Below are positions 14,061 through 27,000 of a stretch of DNA of 64,000 bases, piece by piece; within the stretch, counting starts at the first letter, position 1; every line of letters starts with the position of its first letter. Made by a program: the position numbers and the translations under genes. The stretch is from Octopus vulgaris (taxonomy: Eukaryota), in the NCBI GenBank assembly GCA_951406725.2, contig OX597837.1:46624001-46688000 (forward strand), read 5' to 3'. Under the pieces are notes generated by a model. That model was not told the origin of the DNA. It searched no databases and saw nothing but the letters and a program-made list of their open reading frames with translations.

Positions 14061-15413
14061 CAGTCTCTTTGCCTCCGTGTGTATTAAATACACTAATGTA
14101 TTTCTAGATACTCTCTGCCTGGAGAGAAAAAGAAAAAAAAACCTCACAACTGGAATCCTTTTGATCATAGGTTTACTGGATCGGAGCTGATGGGGTCCAC
14201 TTAATAACAATACTTTTCAAATTTTGATATCCAGTACTATATTTATACTGGCAACTGAAGTAGAAAAAAAAAGAAAAGAAAGCCAGGCAAAACTATTTCT
14301 GTGGATGTTTAACATCCCTTCATGCCATGGTCAATTTGCCTTGGGTGGGAGGTGATCAATTAAGCACCTGGCAATCACTGGGATCGATGTAATCGACTAG
14401 CACCCTCCCATCAAAATTTCAGGCCTTGTCTATATAGTAGACGGAAATATCATAAAACCTGATAAACATAGTACTTGGTCAACTTGTGCTGCAGGGTCTC
14501 GGAGGAGATAGTGTTAGTTGAAGGCTACCAAACCTACCACACACGGACAACTTCAGCTTTATATAGAGAGAGATAAGTGCGTATGTATGTGTTTAAATGT
14601 GTTTCCGCGAGCCTTTGGATTTGTCTCTCACTACTTGACAGTGTCTGTTTGTTTGTATCCAAAACGTTCAAACCGATGCTCCAGCATGGTCCAGTCCAAA
14701 CAAGTAAAAGAATAAGTTTGTCAAAGGAACGAAAGAGGCGCCCTCGGGGGCTGTGCAGATCCTCTTCTACCAAGTCCGATGTGGTGGTTGATCTGCAGTC
14801 GGAACATTTACAAAGAGAGGAAGAAAGCGGGGTGGGGTGGGTGGAGTGTAATCCAGTGTCTTTAAAGATTTCGGTAAATTCTCCAACTGTTAAAAATTAC
14901 AGTGAAAACTCCCTGAAATCACATCCTACAGATAAAAACAAATGATGGGAACGACACATTGAATATTAGAGACATATAGGCATTAATGCCAAGGGCGGGG
15001 TGGGGGTGGAAGCAGTAGATGGTCAGGACTCCGTCTCTCTTAATCCTAACTCTAATCACCAGCATCGCACATGCGATTAAGCCACAGCTGGAAAAGAAGC
15101 GAAGCTGCAGATTTCTGTGGTAGGGGAGATAACTGTAAGTGTTGTTAGCCTCCCTTGATGTTTTAGCTTTGCTTCTGATCTTTCTGGACGTTGATGAAAT
15201 AAAGCACCATTCTCCGACCAAGGGGCACGAATTTATAGTGTTGCACCTACGTTAAAATTTAGAGTACCTGCCAAAATACCTTGCAGCATTTGTTTCGGTT
15301 TCTTACGTCCTGAGTTCAAATTATTCTCAACTCAGATTCGCTTTATATCCTTCTGGGTGGGACTAAATAATAAAAAGGTACCATTTATACACGAAGGATT
15401 ATGTATATATATA

Positions 15414-15460
<47 letters not shown>

Positions 15461-15461
15461 A

Positions 15462-15498
<37 letters not shown>

Positions 15499-15499
15499 A

Positions 15500-16024
15500 T
15501 CTATATATATAAAACTCTAGTTGTGTGAGTGTCTGTCCCCTTCGATTTAGATTCCTAACTCCTCCCACATTTTGCGGTGCAGTTTAACCAAATTCGGGTA
15601 TCTTATAGTCGTGATTCATATCGAGCCCGTCTGGGTATTAGCGCGCGTCTACGATGAGTCTACGATTTAAAAAATAATTTAACATCATTTTTTATTCCAT
15701 TTTAATGCATAATTTTTCGTGTGTCGATGGCGGCGGAGTTGGCGTCCATGGTCACACCTGCACCTGTTTGCTTCTCCCCCTTCCCTCCCTCGTGAAGCTG
15801 TGGGGAAGGGAGTGTAAGGAAATCAAAGTCGTAATGCGTTGTCAAGGAGACCAGCGTTCTTTTAGAACAACGACTTCATGGCTTGAAGACACTGAGTCAA
15901 CAATTAAAATAAAAATTACCATTTTTTATTCCATTTTTAATGCATTTTTTTGCTATAACTCTCTAAAAATGCTTATATAGTTATTTCCCTTACAAACCCG
16001 AGCAACGCCGGACGATACTGCTAG
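15500..16024 (+). mobile_element. Non-autonomous Helitron
   Basis: A|TCTATATATATAAAA 5' end; 3' end ccgagcaacgccggacgatactgCTAG|T; no TSD; CpG retained; preceded by (TCTA)n. Confidence 0.8.
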
Positions 16025-16214
16025 TATATATATATATCCTTAATAATTTGTGGAGTTGTAACAGTTCTGAAACTCATTTTTACACTTATATTTTAATAAG
16101 GCGGTGAGCTGGCAGAAGTGTTAGCACGACGGGCGAAATGCGTAGCCGTATTTCGTTACGTTCCGAGTTCAAGTTCCCAGTGTTTCACAAGTACTTAATG
16201 TTTCACAAGTACAA

Positions 16215-16410
16215 AGAGGGGACAAACAAGTAGAGACAAAGGGATTAAGTCGATTACATTGACCCTAGTGCGTAACTGGTACTTAATTTATCGACCCCGA
16301 AAGGATGAAAGGCAAAGTCGACCTCGGCGGAATTTGAACTCAGAACGTAGCGGCAGACGAAATACTGCTAAGCATTTCACCCGGCGTGCTAACGATTCGG
16401 CCAGTTCACC
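16215..16410 (-). mobile_element. SINE family A, CpG-rich copy
   Basis: Close match to the copy at 5229-5459. Confidence 0.85.
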
Positions 16411-17803
16411 ACCACCACCACCAATAATAATAATAATAATGATAATAGTAATTTATTTCTTTATTACCCACAGGGGGCAAACAAGACCAAAGGGATTAAG
16501 TCGATTATATCGACCCCAGTGCGTAACTGGTACTTATAATAATAATAATTTTGGCTGAAGGCTAGCAATTTTAGGTTGAAAGATTAGCTGATCGCAGCGG
16601 CTCGAGTGCTTAATTAGTACTTAATTTATCGACCCTGAAAGGATGAAAGAAGGCCAAATAAACCATCTGGATTATAAACGTAAGGAACCAGAATCGGTTT
16701 CAACGATTGGGCCAGGGGAGGTAATTCTATGTTGAGATTTGGTCTTCTATAAAACTTGGTAATTTGTATCTTTTCTATATATTTGGGAATTCGTTTTAAT
16801 TGATTCCATGTAATATAATTTTTGGAGGATTCTCCTCGAAAATTGTTTTTTGTCCCATCATTATATCTACGATTATTTAAAGGTATTGTTCTTTTGCTTC
16901 TTACATTAAATATTTTAACAAATTGTCAACATTCTCTGCTATCAGCTATAATCACTATTTAGTGAAATATTTTGTTTTGGAGTTGAAGAATTTTACCAGT
17001 GATCGGATTCTTGGGCAATTTCTGAAGTTTCTGAAACATCAGATACTTTGATTCCAGTTTTCAACACCAACTGTTGTCTGTGCCAACAAAGGAACCTCTT
17101 CACGATTGCTTAATCAGCTAGAAATAGTAGCCAAATGGCCATCGAGAAAGAAAGAAAAGGTGCCTGGGGTGAGGGGAAGAAGAACAAAACCAGTGGAAAA
17201 TTATAGTTGGAACAGGAGTCTGAAGGGAACTGAGCTACGACCGAACAAAATGATCCAATCATCTTATACAGACGTTATGGAGACGGGTTTAGTTTGTTGT
17301 TATTTAGTGATGAGGGTAGCAGATGATAGAATTGATGCAGCTGGGAAGAAAATAGCTTTTGTGGTAGATGCCTTTACGATGTGAGTTCAAATCCCATTGT
17401 GGGCAACTTTGCCTTTTAATTATTTTAGTGTAAATAAAATGATGCCAGTCGTATACTTACTAGTGCTGATTTAATTAACTTTAAGGAGTGATGATATACA
17501 GGATGGTGTGATGGCATACGTGGATAGAGTGATGACACATCGGGATGGAGTGATGACACAAGAATAAGTAATAACATCGTTAGTGAGGAGTGACAACATG
17601 CATAGCGAAGAGCGATGACACAAAAGGGATGGAGTGATGACATGTTCAATAAGAATTACTCGAGCAGAAAAGGTGAGTCTGATTGTGTGAGGTGACACAT
17701 ACCTCTGCAAGGAGCAGGAACTATCATGGCGAAGGTGGAGTTGATAAAGAATACACAATGATGGTGGTGGTGGTGGTGGTGGTGGTGGTATTCAGCACCA
17801 TTC

Positions 17804-18035
17804 GGTGGCGAGCTGGCAGAATCGTTAGCATGTCAGGCGAAATGTTTAGCGGTATTTCATCTGACGTTACGTTCTGAGTTCAAATTCCGCCGAGATCGAC
17901 TTTGCCTTTCATCCTTTCGGGGTCGATTAAATAAGTACCAGTTACGCACTGGGGTCGATGTAATCGACTTAATACCTATGTCTGTCCTTGTTTGTCCCCT
18001 TTATGTTTAGCCCCTTGTGGGTAATAAAGAAATAG
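17804..18035 (+). mobile_element. SINE family A, full length
   Basis: ggtggcgagctggcagaatcgttagc...gttcaaattcc...tgtgggtaataaagaaata. Confidence 0.9.
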
Positions 18036-18219
18036 GTATTCAGCACCATCTGTGATCAAGCAGCTCTAAACTGATTGTTCTTTGCTTTCGAAGACCTGTG
18101 TAGAATAAAAAGATCCCTTACTTGAAAAATAGGTGTTTGTATCAGTGACAAAAAGGGCTTCTGATCATATTCTTTCTTAGATAAGTGTCTCCCCACCCCG
18201 TGTAGAACATGTTGAACAG

Positions 18220-18570
18220 GTATCCTTCCCAACTCTATGATTCTGGGTTCAATCTCACTGTGTAGCAGCTTGAGCAACTATCTTCTATTATAATTTTGGG
18301 CTGACAGAGGTCTTGTGATTGGACTCGGTAGACAGAAACCGAAAGAAGCCCGTCATATGTATGTATATGGGTTGTACCTGTCTGTTTTGATGGTTGTAAA
18401 CGAGTGTCACTGTCATACAAGCAGTGTCGTTCATTTCCAATGTTCTGCAAGAACATATCTGACCATGAGGAAATATTGTCTTGCTTGGAAACGAGTAAGA
18501 AAATGTGCCTCAAATAAACTCCATCTGACTCATGCAAGCATGAAAAGGTGGATGCTGAATGACGATGATA
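18220..18570 (+). mobile_element. SINE with family B head and RTE-like tail
   Basis: Family B core, a microsatellite hinge, then a tail ending catgcaagcatgaaaaggtggatg..gacgatg. Similar at 13200-13580(-), 22440-22660, 32040-32460(-), 48340-48510, 57000-57270(-). Confidence 0.7.
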
Positions 18571-19499
18571 TATATATATATTTTTATGTCCTTTTAAACA
18601 TTTTCATTTTAAATTGGAAATATAAAATTAAATAACAGAATTTTTAAGAAATAAATTTTATTAAAAGCAAAATGAAGAGAATTCCATATCAATCTGTTAG
18701 AATTATTATTCTCAAGAAGGCCATTCAGTAGAGGAAAACTGCTTTTGTATTAAAACATCTTGGTTACCTAAGGGTTTTGGATGAAGCGTACACTTTAGTA
18801 TGTTTGAAAGAAAGATCCAAATTGGGAATTTCATTATCATTTAGTGACCAGCCAGACTGGTGCCAATTGTGTGTGTGTGTGTGTGTTGGCAGTACACATT
18901 GGAAATATAATGACATGGCTGTTTGTTGGCAAAGTGGGGAGGATGATGTATGAATGTGTTCTGTTCTCCCTTGCCACTCCTAATGCTGTGGAATTGTATT
19001 TTTGTATTTGTGGTTTACGTGTGCAAGTGAAATTGCGAATAAATTAAACACTGTCTGCTGTATTCTGCATAAATAAATTTCTTTTGACGAAGCAGCTATA
19101 TTTAAAGTTTTTTTTATTAGATAATGAGAGGAATGGCCTTCCCTGGTATGTTTTCAGTTTGGGGTCTTCAACCCTTGCTATCCCCAAATCTCTGAGGGAG
19201 AAAGTAAGCCCGTTGCTTAATTTTGGCAGTGGATTAGCAAAGTTGTTAGCATATTGGACACTCTGAGTTCAAATAATGCTGAAGTCAATGTGGCCCTCAA
19301 GTGGAGGGAAATGGAAAATAAAGTATTATTATTATTATTATTACGTCTAAATATTTGTTGTGCAAGATTTTTTTATGTGAAGTCGTGTGTTGAAACAGAT
19401 ATTGTTATATTTCGGAATGGTCATATTGGCTAACCTGGTAAAATGACCATTCTGAAATATAACAATATTATTATTATTATTATTATTATTATTACTAAA

Positions 19500-19715
19500 A
19501 CAGCAAGCTCCCTCCTTCCAAACTGTCACTAGCAAGGTTTCCTTACTTTGGGCCAGGTATCTCATTAAGCCCCTCGAGTTCGATACACAGTCAATCTTCC
19601 ACACTTATCAGTCCCCTTTTCTCCATTTGCCCTCTTCCTGTGCAGGCGATCAGTGTCTGTACCTGGATGATGGGCTCCATGCATCGTTAGGAGCTTTCTT
19701 GACTTCCTGTCTACC
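19500..19715 (-). mobile_element. R4/Dong-like non-LTR retrotransposon fragment
   Basis: Minus strand DRKSRKLLTMHGAHHPGTDTDRLHRKRANG/G-LISVED, a frameshifted match to the DRKTRKLLTMHGALHP..DVDRLY..R..GGRGL motif. Confidence 0.75.
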
Positions 19716-19741
19716 TCCTCCTTTGCGGCAAAATTGGAAAC

Positions 19742-19777
<36 letters not shown>

Positions 19778-20252
19778 TATTATTCATGGATGTTATACCA
19801 GTCGACTCAACCAATTCTTCTCTCTCGTTTCCATGACATTAACTGGATGAGAGGCAAGTCTCTCCTTGGAAGTTTTACTTTGATAAAGTTTAAAGGAAAA
19901 TTCTGTCAGTGTTTTATCCCCAATTTCATTTATAATAGGGAAGTCATGCGTTCATGTTACATGTGTTGTGTGTTCTGTGCTATATAATCTTATTGTGTAT
20001 ATAATCTTATTATACTTTATAATCTTGGCATTCTGCATACATGAATAGTTTAAGCTCTTTTTGAAATTGATCTAACGAGTATATAAAACTGGCGTGCAAG
20101 ACAGGTTCGTTTTTGTTGTGAAGGTAGGATGGTGGGAATGGGTCTTGCTTTTGATGTTGTGGTAGTGGTAGAAAGGGTGTTGTTGTAGTGGTGACAGTTG
20201 ATGTTTGTGGTGGTAAATGTTGTTGATGTTGTGGTGATCGTTGTGTGTGATG

Positions 20253-20585
20253 ACATGGCTCAGTGGTTAGAGTGTTGGGCTTGCAATTGTAAAGTTGTGA
20301 GTTCGACTTGTGGACCAGGCTGTGTGTTGTGTTCTTGAGCAAGACACTTTATTTCACATTGCTCCAGTTCACTCAGCTGTAGAAATGAGTTGTGACATCA
20401 CTGGTACAAAGCTGTACCGGTCCCTTTGCCTTTCCCTTGGATAACATTGGTAGCATGGAGAGGGGAGGCTGGTATGCATGGGCGACTGCTGGTCTTCCAT
20501 AAACAACCTCACCTGGACATTTGTACCTCCAAAGGGAACTTTCTAGGTGCAATCCTATGGTCATTTGTGACTGAAGGGAATCTTT
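20253..20585 (+). mobile_element. tRNA-derived SINE family D, full length
   Basis: tggctcagtggttagag...gttcgact head, tgttcttgagcaagacacttt core. Reverse copy at about 50012-50332; partials at 23366-23420 and 55200-55360(-). Confidence 0.85.
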
Positions 20586-21884
20586 AAGGTGATAGTTTCA
20601 TTCTGGTAGCAGGTTTGGTATTGTTATTGCCATTTTGTCTTTGTAGGGGTGGTGATGGAAGCATTCAGCCAAGAAGCTAAATTCTCAAATACGAAATGAA
20701 GATGATGAAGATGATGATGGTGGTTGTAGTAAAATATAAGCAACACCAAATGATAAAGCAACCAATACGTATTCAGATATTGGTTTCTATTGGTTCAGTG
20801 GAGATTTCATTTCTTGTGCTAATTACTGGTATTTTTTAATCAGTACCAACATCTCTGTTGAGTTGATGAATACAATGGTCTGCTTGGACATCTAATCTTA
20901 TTGAATATTTCCAAATGGGCAACATCTGGAGATAATTTTGAAATAAAAGCTTCAAGTTCAAGTCCAATGTGGGTCTTTGAAACACAATGCAGATGTCATT
21001 GATACGGCATTAATAACATTGTTGATCATTGATAAGACCAAGAAAGGTCGAAATCACGTGACCTGGTGGTCTCGGCTCTGGATGGAAATGGTAGCAATTT
21101 ATCTTCTCATAAAGAAGAATGCTTCAAAACGCCAATATGAGTGTCTTTCCCATGGTAACTACTGCTGTAACATTTGTTCTAATCCAACATCTACATTTAA
21201 GTGGAGACAGTTGTTACTACAATGTAGAGGGGTCTTTTGAGGCAGTCTTTTACAGCTGGATGCCTTTCCTGTTGCCAACATTTTTATTTGTCTCACACTA
21301 CATCTAATGACATGGAATACTTCATCTTAAACTGAGACAGATTCTGAAATTTTATTCTTGGTTTTAATTTGAAAATTAAAGATTTCTAAATTTATTCTTC
21401 GTCAGAAATTGAAATTGTTTTTAGAAAATTAGGTTTTGGTATAATCATCTGAGAGATTTCAATGATCAACTTTTTCTCATTATCTGCATGTGAAGTGGCT
21501 ACAACAAGAGAAACTTGGATTATTTAAAAATGGTTCCAAGGATCAATCCCAACCTATTCTCCAGTCCTCCTGCTATCCAAAATATATCAACAGCAATACA
21601 TACACTCTTCATTCTCTGGTACAATTTTTATTTAAATGTATTTAACGACTTAATCCATTATCATCTTTTACACACAGCAGAAATAGTTAAAAATGTTCAT
21701 AAGAGAGAGTGCTTTATAGGTAGAACCCTGCCAAATAACTCCCTGTTTCAGTGCTTCTTACTCTCCCTCTTTCTCCCTTGTACCTATCTGTGTGTGTGTG
21801 TGTGTATTGTGTTGTCTATTTCTATCCATTGTATCTATCCATTGTGTCTCTCTCCTTCTCTCTCTCTATCTAGCAATTTATTTA

Positions 21885-21928
<44 letters not shown>

Positions 21929-22315
21929 GTCTGTCCGTCTCTATATGCTTATCTGTCAACCTATATTTCTCTCTGTTTCTCTCTCTCTGTATCTTTTTTT
22001 ACCCTTTGTCTGTCTGTGTATCCAGGCTTTAAACATCTGTACAACACCATTCCAATCTCAATAGAATTATCAACATAAATGTTACATTTGTTTAATGTAG
22101 CATTGCAGACTTTGGTTGGTGCCTGAAACAGATGTTTTATATCTGCTGCCAATAACCAATGTTCTCTTAGCTAATTTTTGTTGCCATACAAACAGACACA
22201 AGCACACACAAGCACTTCTGCAGATTGATACACACAGGGAGAAATACAGAAGTACATATGCACACACAGTTGCAGACACAGACAGATACATGCATTCAAA
22301 CACGAGTGGATTTGG

Positions 22316-22415
<100 letters not shown>

Positions 22416-24045
22416 TGTGTTTGTGCCTACTTTTGTTCTGACATCACATGATGGTCGTAAACGAGCATCACCATACAGATGATAATTGTTCATTTCCCGT
22501 CTTTCATGAAAAACATGTCTGGCCTTGGGGGAAATATTCCCTTGCTTGGAAACAGATGGAAGTTGGTGACGGGAAGGGCACCCAGCTGTAGACAACTCCC
22601 CTCAATAAGCTGCATTAGGTCCATGCAAGCATGGAAAAGTGGACATTAAGATGATGATGATGAGGAGGAGATACGCAAATGCATTCATCCGTCCATTTAC
22701 TGATTATTCTCAGTTGTCCAGTATATGTTGGACAAGTGGTCAGAGATAGTATTTCATGTCCAGTTGTGTGGTAAAAAGCTCACATTTCAACCACAGGGTT
22801 CCAGGTTCAGTTCCACTGTGTGGCACCATAGGCAAGTGTTTTCTACAATAACCTTGAGCTAACCAAAGCCATGCGAGTGAATTTGGTACACGGAAACTGA
22901 AAGAAGCCCACATTTATTTATATGTGTGCACATGTGTGTGTCTGTGTGTGTGTTTGTCTCCCACCACTTGACAACTGGTGTTTGTGTGTTTACATCCCTG
23001 TTACTTAGCAGTTCAACAAAAAGAGATTGATAGAATAAGCACCAGACTTTAAAAAAAAAAAGGGGTTGATTTACGACTAAGACAAGTAAAAGGTAAAAAA
23101 ATAAAGGATTCAAATGGCTCTTTTATCAAGATCCAAATAGGTAGCATGAGGAGGTAAAAGACATTGTTTATCCGCAGATCAATCCTGATCCAAGATGGTT
23201 CAAAAAGGATCATCCTGCCTTTTTGGAGGTGCAGGCTGTGTTAAGAAATTTGCTTTTCAACCAGGTGGTTTCAGGTTCAACTTTGAACAAACATTTTCTA
23301 CTATAACTCAAACCAACCATGTAGATGGAAACTCTATGGAAGCTTATTGTATATATACAGGTAAAGGCGCATGGCTCAGTGGTTAGAGTGTCGAGCTTAC
23401 AATTGTTAGGTTGTGAGTTTGAGATGAGCAGACTGTTCCATTGAACTGGAACACTTGTCGTGACCAATGGAATAACTGTCAAGTCTCAGGCTTATTTTTC
23501 CACATTTTTTAATTAATTCTGTGTTTTCTTGTAGTTTTGAAATTTTAACGACGTGATTACTTATTTTTAGATTGACATTGCTGGGTATGTGTGAGAGGCT
23601 GGATCTAACCAGTTTTAACATAAAACGTGTTGAAATATCTGAACCAGATATGGCTGGTTTAAATGTTAAGGGGTTAAGTTGGACCCCAAACTCTCCCCTT
23701 CCTCATCAGTTGTCCAATTCTTTGAATCCATCAGTTTATCAAATACAACTCAGAATAAATAAATAAATGAAGATTGATGCTGAACAAACCCTTGAGTTCT
23801 AATTTCTTCAAATTATTTATTTATTTGTTTTCTATTTTTATTTACTTATTTTGAGGAATTAGCCAATTTAATATTCATGGCCAAATTCGGTTGGATATTA
23901 GCCATTGTTTACTATAACAACGCTCATTAAACTACTTTGCTAAATCAGCCTTTAACGGCTTTTAACAGAGCTACGTACCTTGAGACGGGAATATTTTGGC
24001 AAGGCTCTTTATTCTGCTCTTGCTTCACGTCTCTATCACCTCCAC

Positions 24046-24080
<35 letters not shown>

Positions 24081-27000
24081 CTTCTCTCTCCTCTCTCTCT
24101 CTCACTCAATATGTCTCTGTAGATTCTCTCTGACACTTAAGTTGTTTGATTCTGCTATGTTAATTTGATTGTAAAGGGTGTGTTGTATGTGTGTGTGTGT
24201 CTGTGTGTTTATGTTGTGTGTGTGTATGTGTATGTACATAAGAGAGAGAATGTTATGCGTTTGTGTTGTGTGTATATAATTGTATGTATTTGTTTGTCTT
24301 GTGTTAAGGATTGTGTATGATTGTGTGTATGTATATCATGTGTGTTTATAAACTCCTGTTTGTAATCAGGTGGAAAGGATAAAGACATTTGAGATGCCAA
24401 TAAGGTTGACATTTCCTCTTGATTCTTTGACTTAAAATACCAGTAATTTACTGGGACTTTCCATTTTGCTATAGAATTTTGACATAAATCGAGAGGAGTG
24501 GAAAATGGAGTCCATCAGGGTTAAAATTCCCAAGACACAGTGTATACCTTAATGGCAGCACCTCTTCAGTTACTTCAGGTTTTGAGCAAAGAAACTCTGT
24601 TCTTGTTTTGCGAAACCCTGTCCTATCTATTCTTGCATGGACATGACAATAGGGACAAGATATTGTTAACATTGATTGTGATGGGGATTCTCATTATCCT
24701 CATCGTAATAATGAAAGATGGAAATAACAACAACAACAATAATAAAAATAATTCTTTTAAGTTTTGGTACAAGATCAGGAAATTTGAGGGGAGGTATAAG
24801 GTTGATTACATTGACCCCCCCCCCTGCATCCAATCAGATGAAATTCATGAAAGTTGATTTTCTTTGATTGGATGCTTTTCCTGTTGCCAACACTCATGTG
24901 TTTTCAAGTATGGCAGTATTTCGTATTATGTCTTATGAAGACAAACAGCAAAATGGCCAGATATGTATTCAAAGAAGAATGCAAAATAAAGGACACTGCT
25001 TGCAGGATGGTGGCACTTGTTTGAAAATTGCATGAGGGTACACAACCACACACACACCAAATAATTATAATATTATTCTGCTTGTTAGGGTGGTGAGCTG
25101 GCAGAATGGTTAGCACACTGGGCAAAATGCTTTGTGGTATTTTGTGTATCTTTACATTCTGAGTTCAAATTCCGCTGAGATCGACTTTGCTTTTCATCCT
25201 TTCGAGGTTGATGAAATAAGTATCAGTTGAGCATTGGGGTCAATGTAACTGACCCCTCCCCTGAACTTGCTGGCCTTGTGCCAAAATTTGAAACCAATAT
25301 TATTTATGCCTGTTCCTGAAGTCTGGCTGTTTTATGCCAAGGAAGGTAATAAGTTAAATGGAGAAAGGAGAGAGAATGGGGAAGAAGTGGAGACAAGGAG
25401 AGAGAAAGGGAAACAGTGCAGTCAGTGAAAAATAGAAAGAGAAAACATAATGGAAAGAGAGAGAGAAAGAGAGAGAAGAACTATTATTATTCTGCATTTG
25501 TGAGTTCAAATTGCAGGCACACTCATATTTAATGTACTGAAACAAGGTCAGGAAGATCTATAAATTTCAAAAAAAGATATATCAACAGGGAGATAAATTG
25601 AAGTGAGATAACCTTAGCAAATAGCTGTGGATGTTACACTTTTATCTTTTGCGTGTCCCAGACCAAAAGCTGCGGCCATACTGGGACACTGCTATTATAT
25701 ATTTTTTTTTATTACTAGTTTTAAATGTTTATCCATATTGTGAGAGTAAATAGATACATAGGTTGATGAAGGGGAAGTAGATATTCAAATATGTTGACTT
25801 ACACTGTGGAATTTCCACTGGTCACACTAGTAATGTTGATTTCTTTAATATAGGCAGAAAACTACAAAGTTTAGAAGAAACATTAATGAGAATTTCCTTT
25901 AGAATCACAAACAATAATGGTTAGAAAAGAGGAATTCATGAAGACAAATTATGTCTTGTTTAGCCCATGGTCTGTCTTGATTTAGGCGATCCCTGGCCAA
26001 AGACATTCTAACCATGACCATCCTGTATCTTTGCACTTTCAAAGCTGTTGTATGTGATTTTATGGAATTTGGTTGTTATTTTTGGCAAGTTAGAGGTGTT
26101 CCATTGTTGACTCTCATTGGCTTACCTCATTGTGTGTATCTGAATAGGACCACCACTACCAAGAACTAACCTGAGAATTCCACATAAATTCCCAAAATAC
26201 CTTGTGCTTTTTACGTAGCACCAGCATCAGTGCTTTTTATGTGAAACCTTGGTTTTAAGATCTCGATTTTGTTGTGGTTGGTGGATGGTCATGATTGGAA
26301 GATCAGGGCTGATCTGATGTTAAACAGCATAAGATTGGATCTACAAATCTATAGAGAAAGGAATTTTATATTGTCAGCTAGATCAGAGCCAGTAAATAAC
26401 AGTTTTGTTGTATCTTGGGAGGGTCACTAAGCCAACAATAAACTCATGCACTGGTTCAATTTCACTTCTTTATAATTCATCAATTAGTTAGCGATTTAAC
26501 CAACTAATTAATCTGTTGTTTGATCAGCCGTACAACTACATAAATATAGAACCTAAAACTGAAGGACGGACAGTCCTGAAGCTGACCTGGAGTAGTGAGA
26601 GAGCATGTCATTGAAGTGGATGAAAGAACTGGCATACATTGATTGATTAATTGATTAACCAAATGATTAATTAATTAAGCAATCAATTGGTTAAATAACC
26701 AAATGATGAATAATGAAAATGTGAAAAGCAATCAGTGTGTGTTTATTATTGACATAATGACCCTCCCAACGAACAACAAAATCTGTTTCAACCTATGAGT
26801 TCACACCAAGAGTCTCAAAAGCCAAATGCAAAAATAAAAGAACTCGCTTTATTGTCCCAGAATGGATGAAATGTCAGCAGCGGCAGATATTGAACCCTGG
26901 ACCAAAAGGAGCACAACTACCTTCCATCAGCCATCTTGACCACTGAGCTATCAATTCTGTCCAAATAATGCTGGCTGGTCTGACCGCTTCGTTCCTTTCT

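Noticed and set aside
20253-20330. tRNA-like sequences (also at 47350-47425 and the family A/B heads)
   Set aside because: They are SINE heads without a proper acceptor stem and continue into repeat bodies; not functional tRNA genes.
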